Shown here: positions 11,688 to 24,408 of the stretch, one piece after another
Position numbering within the stretch: the stretch's first letter is position 1
Layout: each line of letters starts with the position of its first letter
From: Octopus sinensis
Taxonomy: Eukaryota
Assembly: GCF_006345805.1 (NCBI RefSeq)
Contig: NC_043007.1
Location: forward strand, 66,836,001-66,900,000
Length of the DNA stretch: 64,000 nt
Direction of reading: 5' to 3'
Notes under the pieces: model-generated
Told to the model about the DNA's origin: nothing
The model's input: only the letters and a program-made list of their open reading frames with translations
Databases searched by the model: none
Program-made: the position numbers and the translations under genes

Positions 11688-12314
11688 TATACCTCAACTT
11701 TAGAATAAAAGAAATATATACACACACAAATATTATACTCCATAGAATCCATTACTAATCAGCCCCATCACAGCTATACTTTCACCCATTCATATTCTCC
11801 CTTCTCTGTTTTTTTCTTCTTCTTCTTCCTCTTCTTCTTCATCATCATCATTATCATCATCATCGTCGTCATCATCATCACCACCATCATCACCACCATC
11901 TTCTCCTTCTCCTTCTTCTTCTTCTTCTTCTTCATCATCATCATCATCAACATCGTCATCTTCTTCTTCTTCTACTTCTCCACCTTCCACCCCTTAACCT
12001 TGTCACTAATGTCTTTCAGTATAACGCCTACGCAAATTCCATAAACAATTCCTGAATTGAACTGCGACTACTGTCAGCCACTGACCATTCAAAATACGAC
12101 AATTAAGGCATTCCCAGATTTCCCCACCCCCTCTCCACATCAGCCTCCTTATTCTTCACCTATCCTACCAAGAACTCAAAACGACCTCGAACACACAAGT
12201 GCAAACAAGGGAGTCAGAGAAAGGCAGAATGCTACTTATATCTGAACACTACTACAGAAATATTCTTTTAAAAAAACTTTTCTTCTAATTTTTCTAAATT
12301 TAATTATTTAATCG

Positions 12315-12358
12315 TTACAGTTGAAAAGGTCTCAAAATGACCGAAACCGGTACTGAAA
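12315..12358 (+). ncRNA. Degenerate minimal type I hammerhead in the PLE 3' end
   Basis: cag-TTGAAAA-ggtc/gacc-GAAA-c-cg-GTA-ctg; palindrome ACCGGT in place of helix III; core differs from CUGANGA at C3 and G8. Confidence 0.55.
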
Positions 12359-12464
12359 GATTCACTATAAAATTATCTTAGCATTTTCTATTTTTGACTT
12401 GTTTTTTCATATATATATATATATATATATTTATATTGTATCTCTGTATATTTATGTGTAATAA

Positions 12465-12715
12465 GGTAAAGAACCCCTTTGGCCATGAATGACCATGAAA
12501 TTGCGTCTAGAACGATACCCTCCGAGCCACATGTCCGGGCAATGTTGTTTATGGAAGCCCATGCGTACCAACTTCTCCTCTCCACTAAAGAAAGGGCAAA
12601 TGCCGATACAGCTTGGCACAAGTGACGTCGCAACTCATTTCTACAGCTGAGTGAACTGGAGCAACGTGAACTAAAAGGTTTTCCTCAAAAACACAGCATA
12701 CAACCCAGTCCGGAC
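12465..12715 (-). mobile_element. tRNA-derived SINE (S3-like), decayed
   Basis: Shares cagctgagtgaactggagcaacgtgaa...aacaca with other S3 copies. Confidence 0.5.
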
Positions 12716-13222
12716 AAACCTACTGATTGGAATCGAAGCACATTCTGTTTGTTTACGGACGCGGAGAACGTATAATCTTTTACTTCACAATGAGATCATA
12801 TGTTTCTTTTCCAAAACTGCCTTCATATATCTGTCTATATACTACACTGGACACCGTGTCAATATAACGAAAATATCCTTTCGCTAATTTCGCAAACTTC
12901 CGCACACAAATGTCTCCCACATTTGGACAAATAATGGAAATACCTTGCTAAATGTATGTTCCATTATGATGTTAGTCCGCCTTTAACATCAGTCAAAGAT
13001 TTAATATTTCGAGAAACTGGTTGGAACCGGATTCGCAAAATATAGGCTTAGCTCTCCTGTCACTTTTGCTGCTTTAGTTCCATGGTTTTTAGATACAATA
13101 TCTTTCCCTATACTCTGCGAGTTTTGCTCTTGCGCATGGAATTATGCATGTCAGGGCTAGTTTGATCTTGGTTTTAATGCCAATAAGATTTTAGACTCTA
13201 AACTCTCGAAAATTTAGAGACT

Positions 13223-13327
13223 AAGGCGGCGAGTGTCAAAATCGTTAGCACGCCGGGAAAAATTCTGAGCGGCATTTCGTCTGTCTTTATGCTCTGCGTT
13301 CCGCCGAGCTTGACTTTGCCTTTCATC
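13223..13327 (+). mobile_element. SINE S1 head, truncated by microsatellite
   Basis: aaggcggcgag...ttgactttgcctttcatc. Confidence 0.65.
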
Positions 13328-14070
13328 ATGTATGTATGCATGTATGTATGTATGTATGTATGTATGTATGTATGTATGTATGTATGTATGTATGTGTATA
13401 TATATGTATATGTGTATGTATGTATGCATGCATGTATGTATGTATGTGTATATATATGTATATTTGTATGCATGTATGTATGTATGTATGTATGCATGCA
13501 TTTATGTATGTATGTATGTATGTATGTATGTGTATATATATGTATATTTGTATGCATGTATGTATGCATGCATGTATGTATGTATGTGTATATATAAGTA
13601 TATTTGTATGCATGTATGTATGTATGTATGTATGTATGTGTATATATATGTATATTTGTATGCATGTATGTATGTATATATGTATGCATGCATGTATGTA
13701 TGTATGTATGTATGTGTATATATATGTATATCTGTATGCATGTATGTATGTATGTATGTATGTATGTGTATATATAAGTATATTTGTATGCACGTATGTG
13801 TGTATGTATGCATGTATGTATGTATGTAGTATGTATGTGTATATATATGTATATTTGTATGCATGTATGTATGTATGCATGTATGTATGTATGTATGTAT
13901 GTGTATATATATGTATATCTGTATGCATGTATGTATGTATATATGCATGCATGTATGTATGTATGTATGTATGCATGCATGTATGTATGTATGTATGTAT
14001 GTATGTATGCATGTATGTGTATATATATGTATATTTGTATGCATGTATGTGTGTATGTATCTATGTATGT
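13328..14070. repeat. Compound (GTAT)n microsatellite with higher-order unit
   Basis: About ten recurrences of gtgtatatata(t/a)gtatat(t/c)tgtatgcat between (gtat)n runs. Confidence 0.9.
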
Positions 14071-14076
14071 ATTCTT

Positions 14077-14290
14077 TCTTTTTATTCTTTTACTTGTTTC
14101 AGTCATTTGACTGCGGCCATGCTGGAGCACCACCTTTAGTCGAGCAAATCGACCCCAGGACTTATTCTTTGTAAGCTAAGTACTTATATTCTATCGGTCT
14201 CTTTTGCCGAACCGCTAAGTTACGGGGACGTAAACACGCCAGCATCGGTTGTCAAGCGATGTTGGGGGGGACAAACACAGACACACATAC
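14077..14290 (-). mobile_element. SINE S2 3' half
   Basis: cttttacttgtttcagtcatttgactgcggccatgctggagcacc... Confidence 0.8.
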
Positions 14291-14408
14291 ATATGTATAT
14301 ACATACATATATATATATATATATGATATATACATACATATATATATATATACGAGAGAGTGGATAAACGAAAGAAGGGCACTCAACATAATTATTGCAA
14401 GTTGCATG

Positions 14409-14574
14409 TATGGATCGAAACAGCTTGATTCAAATTTTGTGGTACTTAAAGTTTCAAAGTATAAGACAATGCTTATCTTCAACCACTAGAAATTTGAATC
14501 GGCTGAGGATAAGCATTGTCTTATGCTTCGAAACTAAGTACCACGGAATTTGAATCAAACTGTTTTGATCCATA
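14409..14574. ncRNA. Palindromic element of two divergent HHR-like units
   Basis: Arms 14409-14484 and 14501-14574 with a 16-nt loop; HHR-like folds at 14501-14544 (+) and 14439-14486 (-). Confidence 0.6.
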
Positions 14575-15721
14575 TATATATATATGCAAAACTGAAAAAT
14601 AGAGAGCTATATCATAAAAGTACAAGGCACACATTCTACAAATGAACACATGTTCAGACAAAACAAATTTGTATTTGTCACATTGCCAATAGAAAAATAT
14701 ATGTAAATAAAAAACATATTCCCATTATTTTGTTCAACCTCTGTATACAACCTTGTCACCAGATGCCAACGCTGCTATGACGCTATGAAGAGAGGCCTCG
14801 AAAACATTTTTTAATGGGGTCAGAACAATTGTGCTTCTCAATGGCTGAAAGGGACAATCTTCATTCATCTCAAAGAAACAGAGTCGTGTTAAATAACAAG
14901 AAATTGTCTATTTTTATTGACTTTTGCATATCTTATCGAAGAGCGAAAACTGGACCTTGATTTGAACTCAGAATTACAGGTAACCAGATACCATTTATAT
15001 TTTATACAACGTTCTACTGATTCTAACATCTTTTTTCTTTTCTTTTTTTTTTTTTTGTTTTTCATTTCCACATTTGTACTTAATTTACTCTTTTATTAGT
15101 CTCCAGTCAGTGGGTCGTGAACATGCTGGGAAACCGCCATTTTGTCTTTTGTGTCATTGTTATAAGTTTTAGATATCTCATTATTCTCTTTTTTTCTTTG
15201 TTTTGTTAATTTTATTTTTATGCAAAAATGTCTCTAAAACTGATAGAACAGCTGTAATATGCCCACATATTCAGTAGAAAGCTCTATGTGTGTCTTCTTA
15301 ACAAAGCCCTTACCCAAGTCGATAAAATCATACATGCGACATGGTTCAGTGGTTTGAGATATATTAAGCATATGCTGATTTTCTAAATGACGTGGCGCTC
15401 TTAATTGAATACAAGGCATACGTGCGTAAATACTCACACACGCACACATACACATATTCGTGCACACACATACACACCTATACATGCAGACTCGTACAAA
15501 CATGCAGACGCATACACAAACCAGTTTATTTTCTTTATTATCAAGGTAAATTTTCAACAAGTTACTCGGGTACCTTCTTTTTTTATCGGCTGGAACAAAT
15601 TTAACCGTTTCTAATCAAACATTATTTACAATTTAGGAAACATGAAGTTTTATGTAACTTATATTCAATATAAATATATTACTCAGGAAGAATAATAAAT
15701 TAACAAATTTAAAAGTAACAT

Positions 15722-15880
15722 ATAGGCGCAGGCGTGGTAAGAAGCTTACTTCCTGGCCACATGGTTCCGGGTTCAGTTACACTGCGTGGCACCTTAGGAA
15801 AATGTCTTCTACTATACTCTTGGGTTGACAAAAACCTTTTGAGTTGATTTAGTAGACGTAAACTGAAAGAAGCCCGTCAT
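15722..15880 (+). mobile_element. SINE S2 head half
   Basis: ataggcgcagg...aactgaaagaagcccgtc. Confidence 0.7.
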
Positions 15881-16249
15881 ATATATATATATATTTAAGA
15901 AAGAATACAAAATAAACTCTCATTTTCTCTCAGATTAAAGGTTGCACCTAAAAGTCCTCAAGAAATTCAGATAAAAAGATAAATATATAAGTGGGGATAA
16001 CACCAGTTAATTCAGTCCACAAACAATAATCCAACTCGTTTTCATCAAAAGAATTGATACAGAAGAATCACGACAAGCACATACTTGATTATTATATAGA
16101 ATATACTAAAATGAAATGAAATATTTAAAAATATTAAGTGTCCTACGGCCGTTTCTGAGGTAAATTGCTCGTAAAAGTAAATGGTATATATACCCATTAT
16201 TGAATGGTCAGCATTGTCTTCAACGCTGCCATTGTTTTCCCTATTTCCG

Positions 16250-16420
16250 TATTTTCTGCACGCTGGTTCAAACTGTCCTCCACAGCGCTGAAACCTGAAC
16301 CATCCTCAAGTGGGAACTGAACAGCTCAAGATATTCCAAATGCGGTGTCTTCGTCAGATCTTTGGTATCTCTCTACGTGTCCGAACCTCAAACAACAACT
16401 TCCGAGAACAATGCCATACA
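16250..16420 (+). pseudogene. RTE-clade LINE RT C-terminal fragment
   Basis: LVQTVLHSAET*T and, frameshifted, KIFQMRCLRQIFGISLRVRTSN. Confidence 0.6.
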
Positions 16421-17187
16421 GTGCATCTATATATATGACCGACAAACGTTGAAGCCTCATCATAATCGCTCACCTTTCTTAGCAGCCGAATTTTCTTCGG
16501 ATCACATACTCCATTTTTTTTTTAAACGACATATTGAATTATGTAGTACTAGATGCATAGTGTTTAATTTAAAATATATGGCCTTAGCTGCAACAGCAAC
16601 CACAAGCTAAAAAACATTACAAGAGAATATCATAGATGAAAATAAACTACAGATTAAAAGGCGATTTATTTTAAACACAAAAATGGATACAGTAGTAACA
16701 ACAGCAACATATATACAATTAGTGAACAGACTAATGCTTCACGATGAGTCGATATAAACCCTGGTGGTGGGTTAAAATTTGTCAAGGGGTGAATAAATTC
16801 TTACTTGTCCACAGAAAGTGGTGTATTTCCCATGTAAAATATCCCAAACTTTGATCGACTGTTCAGTTCATTTCACTTTTCTCCACGTTCGTATATGGTT
16901 GAATTTGGGCTTAACCATTTGCCTTTTTTACCAAGCAAACACAGAGTCGCATTGAATGCAGACCGTGAAGATTTGCGTTTTAAACTCATAAACTTGCAAC
17001 TTAATATTCATGATCAATCCTAAACAAGCAGACCTGTTTTCAGAGACACCTTGACCATTTCGGATCTTTTTCTTAACTAAACACTGTGTATCTAGAACTA
17101 CATTGCCCAATGTTGTTCTTTTAAAAATACTGAGTATGATTTCAGAAAAATTCTACTATATCAGACTTGTTGAGCAACCGTATAGAT

Positions 17188-17538
17188 CAATGGTTCTCAA
17201 CCGAGGTTCATATGGCCCCTGAGTATCCATATAAGATTTTTAGGGGTCCACGCAACAAAATAATAAATTGGGGATCCTCAATAGTTTTTTTAAGGACACC
17301 TGAAAAAAAATTGCTTTAGATATATGTATTGGTATGTATTGCAAGAAACAGCTAGGTTTTTTTCCTCCGACATTTCACATAGTCCAACCTACTCAAGTTA
17401 ATGTAGGAAAAACAAAATAGGAATTTTAAAAGAAATATCTATAAAACTAGATTTTAAACATCGAATTGCTATGGAGGCCCACCAGAATAAAATAGTATTC
17501 AAAGGAGGTCCAAAGTTAAAAATAGTTGAGAATCCCTG
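17188..17538. mobile_element. hAT (Buster/Charlie-type) MITE
   Basis: TIRs caatggttctcaac / gttgagaatccctg; 8-bp TSD gtatagat at 17180-17187 and 17539-17546 (nnnTAnnn). Confidence 0.8.
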
Positions 17539-18049
17539 GTATAGATGCTTCCTCGTTTCTTCGTTTGTATATAGATGTGTTGTATGGCAAGAAGCGAAAT
17601 TCTGAAACCCATAACTATATATAATACCTTATTGAATCAAATATTAGTTATTTTTTTTTTCGTTTTTCTTTTAATTGCTAAGTTAATTGTGTTCTTGCGC
17701 AATAAGATATAATTATGGCCTACGTTAGTTAATAAAGCCTCATACTGCTTAAGTCCTCTTCTCCCAAACAAACCCAACCTTTCTATTAAAAAGGTACGTT
17801 TGTATTATAGCTAACAGATTATTTTTTTATACAAATTGTATTAACAATGATAAATTAGTTATGCTTTATATTTTAATATGCAGTTAATTTATTAGTAAAG
17901 TGAATGGAAATGTAATGTTGTCACGTAAGTGGGATGAATCAAGTAAAAAAAAGTTTGAGAAACCCTGGTTTAGACAGTGAAAACAAAAAATTCCTATAAA
18001 CATTACAAACATAACAAGGATACATCAAACGAAGATAGAAATCTTGATA

Positions 18050-18590
18050 GAACAATATGAAACCACGTAAAAAAACAACTCGATACAAAGCTGGATAAAT
18101 ATAACAACAGCAGATGTCACCAAAGTTCTGAAGTCAACCAGCAACTAGAAATCCTTGAAGGCAGATAAAATTATAAGCCTCTAGCTTAAGCATTTGACAA
18201 GTATAGAGAAAATATTTGGAAAAATTCTTCAATGTTATTATCGCAGAAAAGAAGAAACAATGCCGTATTGGATCACTGAGACTAGAATGCACATACAGAC
18301 AAATTGGAGATTTACCATTTTTCATCTGCTTATCGACCACACAGAACAATCATATCAAAGATCTAGTACATGGTAAATGTATAACTAGAGGAGAATAATA
18401 CCTTAACAGGAAAATAAAAAGGCTTGTCGACATTGTGATTATTGATATAAAGATCTGCGACTTGAAAAGCGAAGCCTTAAAGATAGATTGTAAGAACAGC
18501 ATGAAATGTATGAATGTACGGCATGGATTTATGACTAAAAAGAATTCGGCACAATTCCACTTACATGGATTCTGAAAACAATAACCACGA
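18050..18590 (+). pseudogene. R4/Dong-like RT N-terminal fragment, decayed
   Basis: WINITTADVTKVLKSTSN*KS...LKHLT...FNVII...MPYWITETR and FGTIPLTWILKTI across frameshifts. Confidence 0.6.
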
Positions 18591-18791
18591 GTAAAGGCGC
18601 GTCAATCATAACAAAATACATCAAACACACCATAGTAAAGTCGACAAGAATGATATGTATACAGAATAAAGAAATATAAAATAAATAAACATAAATAAAT
18701 TCAATAAATATCCACCAGTAAAGATATATTTCAAGGAGGTTCGTTACTTTCACCATGGTAATTTGGGGTCGTTTTTAGACTTCTCGGTGTT

Positions 18792-19021
18792 CATGACTCA
18801 ACATGACTCAGCATGGCTCAACATGACTCAGCATGGCTCAACATGACTCAACATGGCTCAACATGACACAGCATGACTCAACATGTCTCAGTATGACCCA
18901 ACATGATTTATCATGACTTATCATGATTCAGAATAACTCAGTGTGACACAGCATGATTCAGCATGACTCAGTGTGACCCAATATGGTTCCTCATGACTCA
19001 ACATCACTCAACATGGTCCAG
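18792..19021. repeat. 10-bp minisatellite, ~23 units (catgactcaR)
   Basis: Exact 10-bp register throughout; seven perfect TGACTCA. Confidence 0.9.
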
Positions 19022-19461
19022 CTTAACCTGGCATTAGGGGCTTACCTGGTCGAGCTTGCTCAGATGCATACGATCGATCACACCGGCCATCATTTTTCTG
19101 TATAACATTCGGGAGATCAGTTGGCCAATATCCCGTGACTGTACAAAACTGATCAATAAAAGCTATTGCTATACAACCAATTTATGTCTACGTCGAGATA
19201 TCCATAAGTATGCGTCAGTAATATGCTTTCGCTTAGACCATGGTTATATCCTGGAAAACGAAGTCTTCCCCTTATAGTAACATCGATGATAACAAGAAGA
19301 CTGCCTTACAAGCTTTGATTGATTAGATAGTTCTCTCGCGAGATACTCAGAACACTCCTGTATGTGATTGCAACATATATCAAAAGTTGCCCCCAGTGAT
19401 TTGTGAATGTTCGATCAATAAATTTGTACAATAACACCGATTCCACAGTTACGCAGAAAGT

Positions 19462-19681
19462 TACTCTTTTACTCTTTTACTTGTTTCAGTCATTTGACTG
19501 CGGCCATGCTGGAGCACCGCCTTTAGTCGAGCAAATCGACCCTATGACTTATTCTTTGTAAGCCTAGTACTTATTCTATCGGTCTCTTTTGCCGAACCGC
19601 TAAGTTACGTGGACGTAAACACACCAGCACTGGTTTTCAAGCGATGTTAGGGGACAAACACAGACACACAAACATATACAC

Positions 19682-19756
<75 letters not shown>

Positions 19757-19942
19757 TATATATATATATACGTATACGACGGCTTTTTTTCAGTTTCCAT
19801 CTACTAAATCCACTCACAAAGCTTTGGTCGGCCCAAGGCTATAGTAGAAGACATTTGCCCAAGGTGCCACGCAGTGCGACTGAACCCAGAACCATGTAGT
19901 TGGTAAGCGCGCTATTTACCACACCGCCACTCTTGCGCCTAT
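19462..19942 (-). mobile_element. SINE S2 full length
   Basis: Both halves, internal (TA)n, (ctctttta)n tail. Confidence 0.85.
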
Positions 19943-20121
19943 TTTATGATCATTAGGTATTGATGACTTCCAACTGATACAATTGAAGAATAGCGTGTAT
20001 TTTCGCAGGATGATCTTTCTTCCGACAGCTGAGACTACATATTTCAATTGACAGAATAACGAACTCGGTTTTAGTCTAACAAAATCCACTACTCCTTGTT
20101 GCCCAGACCCAAATATTATAT

Positions 20122-20350
20122 ATTTCTTTACTACACACAAGGGGCTAAACATAAAGAGGACAAACAAGGACAGACAAACGGATTAAGTCGATTACATCGA
20201 CCCCAGTGCGTAACTGGTACTTAATTTATCGACCCCGAAAGGATGAAAAGCAAAGCCGACCTCGGCGGAATTTGAACTCAGAACGTAACGGCAGACGAAA
20301 TACAGCTATGCATTTCGCCCTGCGTGCTAATGTTTCTGCCAGCTCTCCGT
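20122..20350 (-). mobile_element. SINE S1 full length
   Basis: Matches 29151-29383. Confidence 0.85.
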
Positions 20351-20399
20351 ATTATAAACGTACATACTATAAACGTACATCATACTGTTGATATTGCAT

Positions 20400-20635
20400 T
20401 TTTCCAGACATCACCTCAGACGTTATCACCTTCCTGCACGATCTAGAAAAAGTGGGCAGTAAATATTAAAACAATTTGAGTTGAAGAAACAGAACTATAA
20501 AAGAATTATACCCTGCAACCAGCAAACACATTTGCCCAATCCCAGGCAAAACAAAATCACCAGTGTCCCCATTGTGACTTCATAGCAACACCCATACTTG
20601 GACTCAAATTACATTCACGCATCCATCGCAAGTAG
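20400..20635 (+). pseudogene. Probable LINE (RTE-like) C-terminus with a single C2H2 finger
   Basis: 20558-20635 HQCPHCDFIATPILGLKLHSRIHRK* (Cx2Cx12Hx3H, then stop, no TGEKP linker); upstream frame broken. Confidence 0.4.
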
Positions 20636-20814
20636 AAGTAGCCTGAAATTTTCGATTCCCAAGTTTTTATTAATGCGACTGTTTCCGGCGATTTTTTTTT
20701 CCGTGATTTTTTGCAACGAATTTTTTGTACAGTAACAACTTTTATAACTTGGAAATAAATTTTGAGAATAACCGAAATCCGGCGATTATTTTTCGGCAAT
20801 TTTTTAAAGTAATT

Positions 20815-20990
20815 TTTTGCGACGAATATGAGCATCATTGGGATATGACTCTGGAGGAAGCAATTGCAACAAATTCTCCAAAACAAGTCAGAGATCTGTT
20901 TGTAGATCTTCCCATTCGGGATCAGTAGCTTAAAAGCTATACACTAGCTTAAAATTCGCCCTATCGGGTGGCTTTTAAGCGAGTATTATT
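20815..20990 (+). mobile_element. Helitron-like coding scrap with downstream hairpin
   Basis: DEYEHHWDMTLEEAIATNSPKQVRDLF resembles the Helitron Rep-helicase linker; cttaaaa...gccc tatc gggt...ttttaag hairpin. Confidence 0.4.
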
Positions 20991-22380
20991 ATATATTAAA
21001 TCTGACCATGATACTAACAAGTACTAGCAATGCAAACATCAATAAAGCTACTTGAAACGTGACATCATAACCATTACCATAGCCACAACTGTTATCATCA
21101 TCATTATCATCGTCATCATCATCACCACCACTAATTCATCAAGTAGACTGCATGGACTATCATGATAGCTTTTGCTTTTTTATAGCAGCAATTGCGGGTC
21201 GGGCGCTCACGGCTCCTACTCTTCAAAAATCCCGCAGGATGGGACGCTAGTCAATCGCAGGGTTAACCTCCTGCTGATACAACAATCGGTTTTAGCTGAG
21301 CGGACAAGAACAACGTAAAATAAAATGCCTTCCCAAAAATTCAATACGCTGCTTGGTCTGTGGATTGAGCCTACCTTCTTACGATCGTGATACCAAAATA
21401 CTGAGCTCCTAGGCCAGATACTTTTATACTTTCCGACATTGTGACGAACACCATCAAAAATTGCCTGCCGCACAATTTATCATAGAGTGTCTGCTCTTAC
21501 CTTCGACGCACTCCCTTGGATGGGACGCCAGTCCATTACAGAGTAACTCACACATGATTTTGTTTCTGCTACTTTATATTTTTTGAGTAGACAGGAACAA
21601 CATAAAAGGAAATACCTTGCCCAAAGACATGCAGTGTATAGCCCTGATTTTAACGTGTATAACTATAATTTTGGGGGGCTTAAAATTTGGAAAAAAAATT
21701 TTGTATAAGCAACTCCCATCATTTTTAAACTTAATTTTTGACAAAAAAGGGTTCCTTATGTTAAAATGCGGTAATGTATGAGAATCTAACCAACGATGAG
21801 CCCAACAACTTAATTACTAGGTCAGGTGCTTTCATACATAACAACCATTGTGACGAACATTGCCAAAGATTACCTGCTGTTTTACATAACAATAATGACG
21901 GTCGCCTTCTGTTGTCGCCATCTGTTGCCATCAGCAGAAGTCTGATTGCACTAGAGTCGAATCTACTATCGCTACGACTAACGATATCCTCGAACAACAT
22001 CTTCGGGACTATCACCGCTATCGCAAACAACACCACTGTAATACTATCACAGTCACATTACTATCTGTTACCACTGCAAATACTAGTTACGCTATATACA
22101 TTACGACACATAGTTAAACATTAAACCAACATGCTCACATACTACCGGACGCATATTACAAGCTGCAATGACGACAGGCAGTCATTGTATATAACACACG
22201 CATGCATATTATATAATACCATTTGATTACACCTTGTAGTAAACATTCCCTCCACAATTAAATAGAGGGCGCCAAAGCAGTTGTGCCAAAACACCTCGTA
22301 TGTATTTATATATGCATATGTATGTATATGTATGTATATATTATGTATGTATTATGTATGTACAATATGTATGTGTATAT

Positions 22381-22412
<32 letters not shown>

Positions 22413-22673
22413 ATATATATTATATATGTATATATATAATATGCATATGTATGCATATATACGTATGTATACGTATACAAAAGTATGTATATATGTATAT
22501 ATATATATATATATATATGTATTATATATATTATATATATATATATATGTATGTATGTATGAATCTATATATATTATGTATGTATATATGTATGTATATA
22601 TATATGTATGTATTATGAATCTATATATATATGTATGTATATATATATATACCTATCTCTCTCTCTCTTCTAT

Positions 22674-22708
<35 letters not shown>

Positions 22709-22827
22709 GATATGTATAGGTAGTGCTCCGCAGTCAAATGATTGAAACAAGTAAAAGAATAAATAATACATGTATATATATATATATATGAATAATAATA
22801 AATAATAATATAATAATAATAATAAGA

Positions 22828-22883
<56 letters not shown>

Positions 22884-22911
22884 TAATAATATAATGATAA
22901 TAATAATAATA

Positions 22912-23127
22912 AAATGTCCTGATGCAATACCAGGCAGTGGCTCTCATGGCTTCTGATCTTAACTGATTGGAAGTGTTATCATATACATTGTTTTATCTTG
23001 GAAACATGGGTGTTTCGTTCATCATCCTTAAGCAAACCTTATTCAGGCACAGTCATGATGGGTATATTAGGTTTCGTATAATTGTACCCCAATGTCACTT
23101 TGATTGCATACGCTGATCTCTCATTCA
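22912..23127 (+). mobile_element. NC-TAA mini copy with two internal deletions, both ends retained
   Basis: 5' aaatgtcctgatgcaatacc and 3' ctctcattca(g)taataa match the 40735-41308 termini. Confidence 0.8.
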
Positions 23128-23276
23128 GTAATAATAATAATAATAATAAAATAATAATATAATAATAATAATAATAATAATAATATAATAATGATAATAA
23201 TAATAATAATAATAATACATAATAATAATAATATAATAATAATAATAATAATAAGATAATAATAATAATAATAATA

Positions 23277-23690
23277 AGACCAGATATAGTTGTCAGAGAT
23301 CATGAAGAAAAAAAATGCTTTCTAATTGATGTATCAATACCGCAGATGACAACGTGTCTCTAAAAGAAATGGAAAAACTCTCAAAAATACAAAGACCTGG
23401 AAATAGAGGTAACTAGAATGTGGAACCTGAAAACAGAAACAATTCCTATCATAGTAGGTGCATTAGGCATGATAAAAAAATATTCAGACAAATACATAAC
23501 AAAACACCAGGACTTACAAACACATATAACATACAGAAAATTGCACTACTAGGCACTATGCACACATCTACGCAGAACACTTTCCATACAATAACCATCA
23601 GAGCATCACAACAAATCACAGCACATCCAAGGCACACAGAGCTGCGCTCGGTAGTGAAGTGAAAGCACGCTAAAAAATAAAACTACTGAA
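23277..23690 (+). mobile_element. R4/Dong-like 3' end encoding a restriction-like endonuclease, in (TAA)n
   Basis: RPDIVVRDHEEKKCFLIDVSIP...KYKDLEIEVTRMW...PIIVGALG...QKIALLGT (PD-(D/E)xK type); begins and ends in taa repeats. Confidence 0.85.
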
Positions 23691-23707
23691 TAATAATAAT
23701 AATAATA

Positions 23708-23754
<47 letters not shown>

Positions 23755-23806
23755 TAATAATAATAATAATAAAATAATAATAATGATGATAATAAAATAA
23801 TAATGA

Positions 23807-23858
<52 letters not shown>

Positions 23859-23859
<1 letters not shown>

Positions 23860-24406
23860 TCTGGAACTTCACCATTCCAACCGACAGAAAGATAGACGCG
23901 AATAGGCCAACATCATAGTTAAAAGACTTCAGACAAAAAATCATGCCTCCTCATTGATATGACTGTCCCAATCGATATAAACGTATCTGTCAAGACCTAC
24001 CAAAAACTGAGCAAATATAAAGATCTGGAAATAGATATCAACAAAATGTGGAACCTGAAGACTAAAGCCATGCCTGTTGTCATAGGTGACCTGGGAATGA
24101 TAGTAAAAGGGGCTGATTGCTACCTGACTGATACCAGGAAACCCCAAAATGGCAGAAATTCAAAAGATAGTGCTCATGGGAACTGCTCATATCCTATGCA
24201 AAATACTTTCTATGTAATCTCCAGTTTTAAAACAAACATAATTTTCGTATGGTTTTTTAGGCATTCACTAGTACAACACTAAGTACAAAACCAAATATAT
24301 GACACCCTAGGCATAACACCAACATGAACTTCCAACTTGTTGTATCTTAAGGTCTCTGGGTGAGACTTGGAGCCAGCTTGTGCAAATGTAAAGCAAAAGT
24401 CAAACA

Positions 24407-24408
<2 letters not shown>
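23859..24408 (+). mobile_element. Second R4/Dong-like family 3' end (RLE domain) in (TAA)n
   Basis: LWNFTIPTDRKIDANRPNIIV...LLIDMTVP...KLSKYKDLEIDINKMW...PVVIGDLGMI. Confidence 0.85.

Larger units (their letters stand above)
11020..12380 (+). mobile_element. 5'-truncated Penelope-like element (Neptune-like) with 3' UTR and pLTR-like end
   Basis: RT thumb LPYISTHNP, Cys linker, GIY-YIG domain, pyrimidine/cat-repeat UTR, HHR-like motif near the 3' end. Confidence 0.8.

Noticed and set aside
13198-14139. Long ORFs rich in HTYI/MYVC/YIYI and poly-I/L/T/V/N (here and throughout the window)
   Set aside because: Translations of (ATAC)n, (AT)n, (AC)n, (AAT)n and (ACC)n repeats; open in several frames, no splice or domain support.
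14781-14810. atgaaga-gaggcctc-gaaa
   Set aside because: No C3, no NUH/helix I geometry.
16138-16177. Decayed hammerhead on minus (GAAA-cggcc-GTA, palindrome ACGGCCGT)
   Set aside because: 5' core and helix I 5' strand unrecognisable.
18792-19021. CRISPR-like array
   Set aside because: Contiguous 10-bp units without unique spacers; eukaryotic context, no cas genes.
20558-20635. Exon of a host C2H2 zinc-finger gene
   Set aside because: Single terminal finger, no TGEKP linker or array, upstream frame broken.
21761-22124. Overlapping 91/116-aa ORFs
   Set aside because: Degenerate trinucleotide-like composition, no recognisable domain.
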